A stretch of 56,869 nucleotides of DNA from positions 1-56,869 of the forward strand of contig CALXWT010000003.1 of NCBI GenBank assembly GCA_944392445.1, given 5' to 3'. Shown here one piece after another: positions 28,270 through 36,743 of the stretch. How positions within the stretch are numbered: the stretch's first letter is position 1; every line of letters begins with the position of its first letter. The stretch comes from an uncultured Clostridia bacterium. GTDB taxonomy: Bacteria; Bacillota; Clostridia; TANB77; CAG-508. The notes below the pieces were generated by a model. The model saw nothing but the letters and a program-made list of their open reading frames with translations, searched no databases and was not told where the DNA came from. The position numbers were made by a program, and so were the translations under genes.

Positions 28270-28270
28270 A

Positions 28271-28328
28271 CCTGTCCCTAAAAGTGCCAAATGGCTACTT
28301 TAGTGACAGGCACCAAGGTGCCAAGAAG
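28271..28328 (+). promoter_or_regulatory. Conserved ~55-nt leader element abutting the hydA SD (paralogous to 50290-50340)
   Basis: CCTGTCCCTAAAAGTGCCAAATGGC...GTGACAGGCACCAAGGTGCCAAG, followed directly by AAGGAGG. It contains overlapping GTGCC/GGCAC inverted half-sites. Confidence 0.5.
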
Positions 28329-28338
28329 GAGGAAAGTG

Positions 28339-30078
28339 ATGGTTAATTTAAAAATAGATGATAAAAATGTTGTAGTGCCAGAAGGCACAACTATACTAGA
28401 TGCAGCAAAACAAGCAGGTATAGATATTCCAACTTTATGCTTTTTAAAAGATATAAATGAGGTTGGAGATTGCAGAATGTGTATTGTAGAGGTAGAAGGA
28501 AGAAGAGGTTTTGCAACATCTTGTATTCAAACTGTAGAAGAGGGAATGGTGGTACATACTCATACACCAAATGTACTAGAAGCAAGACATGCAATCTTGG
28601 ACTTAATTATATCTAACCACTCAAAAGATTGCTTAACTTGTACACGTTCTGGAAATTGCGAGCTTCAAGATTTAGCTATAAAATTTAATGTACTAGATAT
28701 AGAGTTTAAGGGAGAAAGAACCGAGCATAAAATTGATGATAAATCTCCTTCAATAGTAAGAGATTTTAACAAATGTATCTTGTGTAGAAGATGTGTTGCT
28801 ACTTGTAAAAATGTGCAAAATATAGGTGCAATAGATTGCATAGAAAGAGGTTTTGAATCTTGTATTTCTACAACATATGACCATAGTTTAAATGATGTAA
28901 ACTGTACATTTTGTGGACAATGCATTGAGTCTTGTCCAACAGGAGCTTTACACGAAAAAGAAAATATAAATGATGTATGGGCAAAATTGAAAGACCCAGA
29001 TACATTTGTTGTTGTACAAACCGCACCATCAATTAGAGTGGCATTAGGTGAAGAATTTGGTATGGAGATAGGTTCAAATGTTACAGGAAAGATGGTATCA
29101 GCATTAAAAGCACTTGGCTTTGATAAAGTATTTGATACAAATACAGGTGCTGATTTTACAATTATGGAGGAAGCAACAGAGTTTGTAAAAAGATTTAAAG
29201 AAAACGATAATTTACCAATGACTACTTCGTGTTGCCCTGGATGGGTACGCTTTGCAGAAATGGAATATCCAGAGAATTTAGCTCATTTATCGAGTTGTAA
29301 ATCTCCACACCAAATGTTTGGAGCAATTATAAAATCATATTATGCAGAGAAAAATAATATAGACCCTAAAAAAATATATGTAGTTTCTGTAATGCCTTGT
29401 ATTGCTAAAAAATATGAAAGACAAAGAGAAGAAATGAAAGTAAATGGCTTATGGGATGTTGACGCAGTAATAACCACTCGTGAGCTTGCAAGAATGATAA
29501 AACAAGCAAACATAGAATTTGACAAATTAGAAGATGAATCATTTGATAATCCTATGGGAGAAGCAACTGGTGCAGCAGCAATATTTGGTGTAACTGGAGG
29601 AGTAATGGAAGCAGCACTTCGTACAGCATATGAGTTAATTACAGGAGAAGAATTAAAGAAATTAGACTTTGAAGAAGTTAGAGGAGCAAAAGGAATAAAG
29701 AAAGCAACTGTACAAATAGGAGATAAAGAAATTAAAGTTGCAGTTGCACACGGTTTAGGAAACGCAAGAAAAATAATGGAAGAAATAAAAAATGGAACAG
29801 CAGACTATAGCTTTGTAGAGGTTATGGCTTGCCCAGGAGGATGCATAATGGGTGGAGGTCAACCAATTAAAAGTTCTAAAATAAGAATGACTACAGATGT
29901 AAGAGGAAAACGAGCTGCAGCAATGTACTCAATAGATGAAAGAAGCACACTAAGAAAATCACATGAAAATCCTATACTAAAAGAAATATATAAAGAGTAT
30001 ATAGGAGAGCCAGGAGAACATAAAGCACACGAACTTTTACATACACATTATACTCCAATGGAAGAATATAGAATATAA
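28339..30078 (+). CDS. hydA: [FeFe]-hydrogenase catalytic subunit (NuoG-like N-terminus + H-cluster domain)
   Basis: H-cluster motifs TSCCPGW, MPCIAKKYE and EVMACPGGCIMGGGQP, plus N-terminal 2Fe-2S and 4Fe-4S Cys motifs. An AGGAGG SD lies 6 nt before the ATG at 28339. Confidence 0.95.
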   Translation: MVNLKIDDKNVVVPEGTTILDAAKQAGIDIPTLCFLKDINEVGDCRMCIVEVEGRRGFATSCIQTVEEGMVVHTHTPNVLEARHAILDLIISNHSKDCLTCTRSGNCELQDLAIKFNVLDIEFKGERTEHKIDDKSPSIVRDFNKCILCRRCVATCKNVQNIGAIDCIERGFESCISTTYDHSLNDVNCTFCGQCIESCPTGALHEKENINDVWAKLKDPDTFVVVQTAPSIRVALGEEFGMEIGSNVTGKMVSALKALGFDKVFDTNTGADFTIMEEATEFVKRFKENDNLPMTTSCCPGWVRFAEMEYPENLAHLSSCKSPHQMFGAIIKSYYAEKNNIDPKKIYVVSVMPCIAKKYERQREEMKVNGLWDVDAVITTRELARMIKQANIEFDKLEDESFDNPMGEATGAAAIFGVTGGVMEAALRTAYELITGEELKKLDFEEVRGAKGIKKATVQIGDKEIKVAVAHGLGNARKIMEEIKNGTADYSFVEVMACPGGCIMGGGQPIKSSKIRMTTDVRGKRAAAMYSIDERSTLRKSHENPILKEIYKEYIGEPGEHKAHELLHTHYTPMEEYRI

Positions 30079-30146
30079 TGTCGGAAAAGAGCCTGTCCCC
30101 AAACCCGACATAAATGTCGGAAAAGAGCCTGTCCCTAAACCCGACA
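30079..30146 (+). repeat. Tandem pair of 32-nt hairpin repeats (period 36), CCTGTCCC core
   Basis: TGTCGGAAAAGAGCCTGTCCCCAAACCCGACA (30079-30110) and the same sequence with one substitution (30115-30146). Each is closed by a TGTCGG/CCGACA stem. They fill the hydA-era spacer. Confidence 0.9.
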
Positions 30147-30160
30147 AAAGGAGAAAAGAT

Positions 30161-31060
30161 ATGTTTAAATCAGGTTTTGTTTCCATACTTGGTAGAACCA
30201 ATGTGGGAAAATCTAGTATAATAAATAGTTTAGTAGGAGAAAAAGTAGCAGCTATTGCAAACAAACCACAAACTACAAGAACAGTTATAAGAGCAATAGT
30301 AAATAGACCAAATTCTCAAATAATTTTTATAGATACACCAGGAATTCATAAACCTAAGTCTAAACTTGGAGATATTATGGTAGAAAATGCTTTTGAAGTG
30401 GCAAAGGACGTTGATGTGGTAGTTTTTGTAATAGAAGCAACTTCAGATGAAATTGGCAAAGGCGACAGACTAATTCTAGATAAAATTAAAGAAGCAAAAA
30501 AGAGAACCATACTTGTAATAAATAAAGTAGATTTAGTAAGCAAAGAAAAAGTAGCTAAATTGATTGATTTATATAAAGATGAATATGATTTTGCAAGTAT
30601 TATACCAGTATCTACAGTAAAAAATACAAACTTAGAAGTTATATTAGATGAAATAGAAAAGAACTTAAAAGAAGGTCCAGCATACTATAATATAGAAGAG
30701 TATACAGACCAGACAACAAGAAACTTAGTAGAAGAGACTATTAGAGAAAAAGCATTAAAACTTTTAAATGATGAAGTACCTCATGGGATTTTAGTTGAGG
30801 TAGATAAAATGAAGAAAAGAAAAACAATGGAAAACGAACCAATATATAATATAGATGCTACAATATATTGTTTAAGGGAATCTCATAAAGGTATTATTAT
30901 CGGAAAAAATGGTAGTATGCTTAAAAAAATAGGAACTTATGCAAGAGAAGATTTAGAAAAAATGCTAGGAATAAAGATAAATTTGAAATTGTGGGTTAAG
31001 GTTAGAGAGGATTGGATTAATAATGACAAGTTTATTAAAAACTTTAAATTGCAAAAATAA
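30161..31060 (+). CDS. era: GTPase Era
   Basis: GRTNVGKSS (G1), DTPG (G3), NKVD (G4) and a C-terminal KH domain. 299 aa. Confidence 0.95.
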   Translation: MFKSGFVSILGRTNVGKSSIINSLVGEKVAAIANKPQTTRTVIRAIVNRPNSQIIFIDTPGIHKPKSKLGDIMVENAFEVAKDVDVVVFVIEATSDEIGKGDRLILDKIKEAKKRTILVINKVDLVSKEKVAKLIDLYKDEYDFASIIPVSTVKNTNLEVILDEIEKNLKEGPAYYNIEEYTDQTTRNLVEETIREKALKLLNDEVPHGILVEVDKMKKRKTMENEPIYNIDATIYCLRESHKGIIIGKNGSMLKKIGTYAREDLEKMLGIKINLKLWVKVREDWINNDKFIKNFKLQK

Positions 31061-31280
31061 ACATCGCATTACGTCGTTAAAATTTAGATAAAAAATCCTC
31101 GACGTACTATATGTACGCCTCCGGTTTTTTACTAAATTTTGCCTAGTACTGCTCGTTTCTTTTTGCAATTATATAGAGGAAATTGCTGTGTCAATCTGCG
31201 AAAAAATTCTCTCGATGTACAAATGTACTATCTCGACAATTTTTTCTTGATTTCCTTGCACTACTTGTTTCTTTTGACAA
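31049..31280. repeat. Family B palindromic repeats, copy 3 (31049-31168) and diverged copy 3' (31176-31280)
   Basis: CGCATTACGTCGTTAAAATTTAGATAAAAAATCCTCGACGTAC-TATAT-GTACGCCTCCGGTTTTTTACTAAATTTTGCCTAGTACTGCTCG, with outer TTGCAAAAA/TTTTTGCAA arms. A second unit has GTCAA...TTGAC arms. Confidence 0.7.
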
Positions 31281-31399
31281 TTACAAAAAAGAAATAAACT
31301 TCGCATAAAAAATGCATAAAACTTAAAAAATTGCAAATGATAAAATAAAGAAATGTATATAAAAACTTACATTATCTTTATGATTGGAGATGGTTTAGC

Positions 31400-31609
31400 A
31401 TGATAAAGCAAATAGCTTGGAATACTTTTAAAAATACAGGAGATATTAACACTTTTTTAGAACTATTAGAAGTTAAAAATTTAGAAAGCAACATAAAAAA
31501 CAATTCAGAAGGGAATATAGAAAAAAACATATTAGAGGCGGAAAAACAGAATGGGAATATTGAAGTTAAAGGGAATAGTAATAGCAGAACACAATATGAG
31601 CGACTATGA
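31400..31609 (+). CDS. yqzL: YqzL-family small protein
   Basis: MIKQIAWNTFKNTGDINTFLELLEVK.. resembles YqzL, which sits between era and recO in Bacillus. Its 3' end overlaps the recO start. Confidence 0.6.
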   Translation: MIKQIAWNTFKNTGDINTFLELLEVKNLESNIKNNSEGNIEKNILEAEKQNGNIEVKGNSNSRTQYERL

Positions 31610-32280
31610 TAAAATGGTTACAATATTAACTCCAAATCGGTAAAATTGGGTGTGCTGCCAAGGGAGCAAGACGACCTAAAAGTAGTCTCATGGCAGCAAC
31701 TCAATATTTATGTTTTGGAGAATATTTAATATACCAAGGCGTTAGCTCATACAATATAAATTCGTGTGAAGTAACAGAAATTTTTTATAACCTAAGAATG
31801 GATGTAGAAAAGTTGCAATATGCAGCACATATCACGAAAATAATAAATGATGTTACAGATGAAAACCAAAATACATATAAAATTTTACAATTACTTCTAA
31901 ATACTTTGTATGTGCTTTCAGAAACAGATAAAAATATGGACTTAGTTATGGCTATTTTTAAAATAAAGTTAATGTGTTTACTAGGTTTTACGCCAATAAT
32001 AGACAAGTGCTCAAATTGTAAAGAAAGCAATGCTATGCTAAATCATTTTAGTTTTAGAGATAATGGATTTAAGTGCGAAAATTGTAGCAGGCAAGATAAA
32101 GGGGCAGTAGAAATATCAGAAGCAACAGCAAATGCGATAAAATACATAGTATTAGCCCCACCAAAGAAATTATTTTCTTTTAATTTATCTGAACCAAATA
32201 TAAAAGAACTTGAAATTATAGGAAAAATATATTTAAATGAAAAATTAGACAAAGAGTATAAGTTTGAGAAAATGTTTTAG
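31551..32280 (+). pseudogene. recO: DNA repair protein RecO, interrupted by a +1 frameshift near codon 30
   Basis: ATG at 31551 (SD GAGGCGGA) reads MGILKLKGIVIAEHNMSDYDKMVTILTPNR, then a stop at 31641. The conserved continuation GKIGCAAKGARRPKSSLMAATQYLCFGEY... runs in the next frame from 31639 to 32280. The zinc-finger CSNC...CENC is present. Confidence 0.75.
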
Positions 32281-32369
32281 TTTTCACTGCAGAGAAAATA
32301 AAATAACAATACTCGACAAAATAAAATAATAATGATATAATAGGCAAAAATGAGATAGGAGTAAGTGAA

Positions 32370-33170
32370 ATGGATAATATAAGATTTAGTATTATAATTC
32401 CATCATATAATTCTGTACAAGAAATAGGAAGAGCTATTCAAAGTGTTAGAGAGCAAACCTTTAAAAATTATGAAATAATTGTAGTAGATGATTGTTCTAC
32501 AGATAATACTTATGAAGTCTTATCTAAACAACAGGATATTATACTAATTAGAAATAGTACAAATTTAAGGGCTGGAGGAGCAAGAAACAAAGGTATAGAA
32601 AAGGCAAAAGGAGAGTATGTTATATTCTTAGATGCTGACGATTATTTAGCAGAAAAAGAGACACTTCAAAAAATAAATGAAGTAATAGGAAGTGAAAAAA
32701 CAGATATTGTATACTTAGGATTTGAAATAGTTGGTAGAATTCAAGAAAAATGGATACCAACAGATGAAAATTCCAGCCTATCCCAAAGAGCACAAAATTG
32801 GAAATATGAAAATGTATGGGATGTTTGTTGGAATAATAAATTCTTAAAAGAAAATAATATGAAATTTTTGGAAAATAGGTATTTTGAAGATTTTGTATTC
32901 TATTATAAGGGAATAATAAGAGCAAAAACATACAAAGTAGCTAGTTTTGTAACACATATATATACTACATTCAAGTCAGATAGTATGACATCAAGTGTAT
33001 CAGAACAGAAATTGCAAGATTTATACATAAACGTAATACAATTCCTAGAAGAATTAAAAAATATTCCACCATCTAAAGAAAAAGCAGACATAGTGTATGC
33101 TGTATATAGAGTGGTAGAATATTCAACTAGATTACTAAAACAATTTGAGGATAGCCTTAGAAAAGAATAA
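32370..33170 (+). CDS. Family 2 glycosyltransferase
   Basis: FSIIIPSYNS...VVDDCSTDNT...FLDADD is the GT2 (GT-A) signature. Confidence 0.85.
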   Translation: MDNIRFSIIIPSYNSVQEIGRAIQSVREQTFKNYEIIVVDDCSTDNTYEVLSKQQDIILIRNSTNLRAGGARNKGIEKAKGEYVIFLDADDYLAEKETLQKINEVIGSEKTDIVYLGFEIVGRIQEKWIPTDENSSLSQRAQNWKYENVWDVCWNNKFLKENNMKFLENRYFEDFVFYYKGIIRAKTYKVASFVTHIYTTFKSDSMTSSVSEQKLQDLYINVIQFLEELKNIPPSKEKADIVYAVYRVVEYSTRLLKQFEDSLRKE

Positions 33171-33237
33171 GCAAATACCTAAGGAATGGTTTAAATAAAG
33201 CAAAATACATACTTGTAAAAAATAGGAGAAGAAAAAT

Positions 33238-34113
33238 ATGAAGCTAAGTCATAAAAAATATAAACTTAAAGCAAATATATCTGATATATTAGGAGGATTT
33301 AAAATTGCGACTCCAGAAGATACTTTAGATAAAATTATAAATGATAAATGTTCAATCTCTAGACTTGGAGATGGAGAATTTGACTTGATATTGGGAACGG
33401 GTATAAGATATCAAAAAGTAGATGCTCGATTGACTAAAAAACTTATGCAAATCTTAAGAAGTGGTGAAGAAAAGCTATTGATAGGAATTGGCAATGCTCT
33501 TGACTTTGATTACTTAAATAAATATAACGACTTTTCAAAAAAATTCTGGAAAGGTTGGCTTTTTGATAATAGATTTAAAATATTAAAATTATTATCAAAA
33601 AGAAGACAGTATTATTCGGCACAAATATCTAGATTCTATATAGATTACCAAGACAAATCTAATGCAGATGAATATGTAAGAAAACTAAAAGGATTGTGGG
33701 ATAAAAAAGATGTCTTAATAGTAGAAGGAAAATTTAGTAGAATGGGAGTCGGAAATGACTTATTTGATAATATGAAATCAAAACAAAGAATTATATGTCC
33801 TGCAGAAAATGCTTTTGATATATATGACGAAATTCTAAAAGAAGTACTTAAGTATGGAAAGAACAAATTGATATTATTGGCATTAGGACCAACGGCAACA
33901 GTATTAGCTTATGACTTATATAAAGCTGGATACTGGGCTATTGATATAGGTCATGTAGATATAGAATATGAGTGGTTTTTAAGAAAAGCAACTGAAAAAA
34001 TAAAAATTGAGACTAAATATGTTAATGAAGCAAAAGATGGCTCAAAAGATATACATGATATACATGATGAAAAATACGAAAGTGAAATATTAATAAATTT
34101 ATCAAAAGAGTAA
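33238..34113 (+). CDS. GT-D-type glycosyltransferase (DUF1792 / SP_1767 family)
   Basis: ...CSISRLGDGEFDLILG... and ...LALGPTATVLAYDL..GYWAIDIGH.DIEYEW are characteristic of DUF1792 enzymes. Confidence 0.7.
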   Translation: MKLSHKKYKLKANISDILGGFKIATPEDTLDKIINDKCSISRLGDGEFDLILGTGIRYQKVDARLTKKLMQILRSGEEKLLIGIGNALDFDYLNKYNDFSKKFWKGWLFDNRFKILKLLSKRRQYYSAQISRFYIDYQDKSNADEYVRKLKGLWDKKDVLIVEGKFSRMGVGNDLFDNMKSKQRIICPAENAFDIYDEILKEVLKYGKNKLILLALGPTATVLAYDLYKAGYWAIDIGHVDIEYEWFLRKATEKIKIETKYVNEAKDGSKDIHDIHDEKYESEILINLSKE

Positions 34114-34259
34114 AAATATGGAGAAAATCCATATTTTTTTGAGAGTAATATAGCTAAAAAAGCTTACTCTCGCAATTAAAAACAAGATTTGACATAAAAC
34201 GCAAACTATGATATACTTAACCGGTCAGAAAATGAGGTTTTCTAAAGGAGAGGAAGATT

Positions 34260-35501
34260 ATGAACGACACAATAAAGTTTGGTATAGGATTTGTAACAGG
34301 AAGACCAAACGTATGTAAGATAATAAATAGTACGTATGAAAGATTAATAAATCAATTTAAGGATTTGGACAAAAAAGTTGAATTAACAGCATATATATTA
34401 TTTGATTTAGGTTACCAATTTACTACAAGAGTAGATTTTTATGGCATTATACCAAACGTATACAGAGATTTAACAATAAGATATATAACACCTGAGGATA
34501 TAGAAGAAGAAAAGAAAAAATTAATAGGAAGAGAAGATTTTTCTAAATCCGATGTGGATTTATTTTTTGGGCATGGACATGCTAAGGGAAGAAATTCTTT
34601 AATGTATTATGCATTGAAAGATAAAATAGATTATTTATTATTTTGGGATGATGATGAATACCCAGTAGCATGTATAAAAGATGAAAATACAAATGAAGTA
34701 ACATGGAAAGAGCAAGATAATATAGCAAGACATTTACAATATATAGAAGATGCAGACGTATCAATTGGATACCATTGTGGATACATTTCTCCAATACCGT
34801 ATGTAGAACTAAATGAAGATGTTGATGAGAAAAAATTCAGTTGCCTAATCGAAGCGTTAGGAAATGAAGTTGTTTCATGGGATTCTATTAGAGAAAAATT
34901 CGTTAAAGATAAAGGAATAACTTATGCAAATTCTAAAATAGCTAATGGAGAAGGTGCTTATGAAATAAAGAGTGACGGAATTGGAAAATGGGTGGTTGGT
35001 TCAACATTATGCTTGAATTTAAGACATATTGATAAAATACCAGCATTTTACAATCCAGAAGGAGCTAGAGGAGAAGATGCTTTCTTTTCTACAAATTTAA
35101 ATGAGGCTAAAGTAATTAAAGTACCTGTATATCATTTTCACGACGGATTTTTAAAATATACAAATGTAGCTAGAGGAATATATCCAAAAACATTAAGACA
35201 AATAAAATCAACAGAAGAACAAATAGAGCACAGGTTTTTTCAAGCTTCTAGAGGTTGGATAAAATATAAACCACTTTATGAATATGTTACAGATAAGGAA
35301 CATTATCAAGAAAAAATGGATGAAACAATTGAAAATTTAAAAAAGGGTATACCTGAGGTAAATAAATTATTTGATAATACTGATTTTAATGCACTTTTGA
35401 CTGATATACAAGAGTATGATAAAAATGTTAAAAAACATTATAACGAATATAATAAAACAAACGAAATATGGAATAAACTAAAAAAATTAAAAACAAAATA
35501 G
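34260..35501 (+). CDS. Uncharacterised protein, possible glycosyltransferase-like (DxD-type motif)
   Basis: 413 aa. LLFWDDDEYP resembles a DxD motif. The gene is co-oriented with two GT genes. No firm family call. Confidence 0.45.
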   Translation: MNDTIKFGIGFVTGRPNVCKIINSTYERLINQFKDLDKKVELTAYILFDLGYQFTTRVDFYGIIPNVYRDLTIRYITPEDIEEEKKKLIGREDFSKSDVDLFFGHGHAKGRNSLMYYALKDKIDYLLFWDDDEYPVACIKDENTNEVTWKEQDNIARHLQYIEDADVSIGYHCGYISPIPYVELNEDVDEKKFSCLIEALGNEVVSWDSIREKFVKDKGITYANSKIANGEGAYEIKSDGIGKWVVGSTLCLNLRHIDKIPAFYNPEGARGEDAFFSTNLNEAKVIKVPVYHFHDGFLKYTNVARGIYPKTLRQIKSTEEQIEHRFFQASRGWIKYKPLYEYVTDKEHYQEKMDETIENLKKGIPEVNKLFDNTDFNALLTDIQEYDKNVKKHYNEYNKTNEIWNKLKKLKTK

Positions 35502-35647
35502 AAAAAAAATATATTTTGTATTAGGAATGAAAAAATCCTAACAAAAAAGATTGGAGTTGAAGGGTAAGTGCAATTTTCTTGGGCACTATATTAAATAATA
35601 GTGTTACCAAGAAATTGCCAATTATGTAAAAGATAAGGGTGATTTAA

Positions 35648-36103
35648 ATGTATATAATTAAAGAGTTTGATGATAGATATAATGAAAGAGTTAACGACTT
35701 CATTATATCAGTATTTGTTGAGGAATATGGATTCGAAAAATTTAGAAAAGGACTAGAACAAGAAAATAATCAAGAATATATAGATAATGGCGGAAATCTA
35801 TGGATAGCAATAGATGAAAAAGATGATGTAATAGGAACAATAGCTCTAAAAAAACATAACAATAACGAAGCAGAAATAAAAAAATTATATGTAAGAAATG
35901 ACTATAGAGGTACAGGTCTATCAAAAGAGTTATATTCTAAAGTTATGGAAACAACTAAAAATCGTCATTTTAAAAGAATTTTTCTTGGAACTTATGATAA
36001 ATTAGAAAGAGCAATAAATTTTTATCAGAGAAGAGGATTTACACAAATTAATGAGCTATATGATGAAGAGGAAGGTGCAAGATATTTTGAATTATATGTA
36101 TAG
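35648..36103 (+). CDS. GNAT-family N-acetyltransferase
   Basis: ...IKKLYVRNDYRGTGLSKELY...INFYQRRGF is the GNAT motif A/B pattern. 151 aa. Confidence 0.8.
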   Translation: MYIIKEFDDRYNERVNDFIISVFVEEYGFEKFRKGLEQENNQEYIDNGGNLWIAIDEKDDVIGTIALKKHNNNEAEIKKLYVRNDYRGTGLSKELYSKVMETTKNRHFKRIFLGTYDKLERAINFYQRRGFTQINELYDEEEGARYFELYV

Positions 36104-36160
36104 AATGAAAGTATATGTATAATTCAAAGTATATTATGCAAAATAAGGGGAAAGGACAAA

Positions 36161-36727
36161 ATGTATATAATAATAGGTTTAGGAAATCCAGAGCCGGAAT
36201 ACTCTAACACAAGGCATAATATGGGGTTTGATGTTATTAATAAATTAGCTAAAGAATACGATATAAGTTTAAATAGAACAAAGTTTAATGCAATATATGG
36301 TACGGGAATTATAGAAGGGGAAAAAGTGATTTTAATTAAACCACAAACTTTTATGAATAATAGTGGAGAATCAGCAATAGAATTTGTTGACTTTTATAAA
36401 GAATCATTAAAAAATATTATAGTAATTTATGATGATATGGACACAGAGGCAGGAACAATTAGAATAAGAGCTAAAGGTGGACCTGGTTCTCATAATGGAA
36501 TGAAATCAATGGTTAATTGTTTGAACTCTGAGGATTTTTCACGTATTAGAGTTGGAATAGGAAGACCAAGTGGAGAGTATGATAGGATTGATTATGTAAT
36601 TGGTCAAATAGATGAACAAGAAAGGAAAACTCTTGAAAAAGGCCAAAATGAAGCTGTTCAGGCAATAAAATTTTGGATAAAAGATGGAATCGATAATACT
36701 ATGAATAAGTATAATATAAAAAGTTAA
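36161..36727 (+). CDS. pth: Peptidyl-tRNA hydrolase
   Basis: IIGLGNPEPEYSNTRHNMGF...GGPGSHNGMKS is canonical Pth. Confidence 0.95.
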   Translation: MYIIIGLGNPEPEYSNTRHNMGFDVINKLAKEYDISLNRTKFNAIYGTGIIEGEKVILIKPQTFMNNSGESAIEFVDFYKESLKNIIVIYDDMDTEAGTIRIRAKGGPGSHNGMKSMVNCLNSEDFSRIRVGIGRPSGEYDRIDYVIGQIDEQERKTLEKGQNEAVQAIKFWIKDGIDNTMNKYNIKS

Positions 36728-36743
36728 TCTAGAAAGGGAATGT

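Noticed and set aside
28291-28338. N-terminal extension of hydA (MATLVTGTKVPRRRKV...) and the analogous extension of hemW (50310-50354)
   Set aside because: Both extensions simply read through the shared leader repeat. Strong SDs (AGGAGG / AAGGAG) sit immediately before the internal ATGs, which give canonical protein N-termini.
30079-30146. Possible CRISPR array (two 32-nt direct repeats)
   Set aside because: There are only two units, separated by 4 nt with no spacers. The same unit occurs inverted at 50168, and no cas genes are present.
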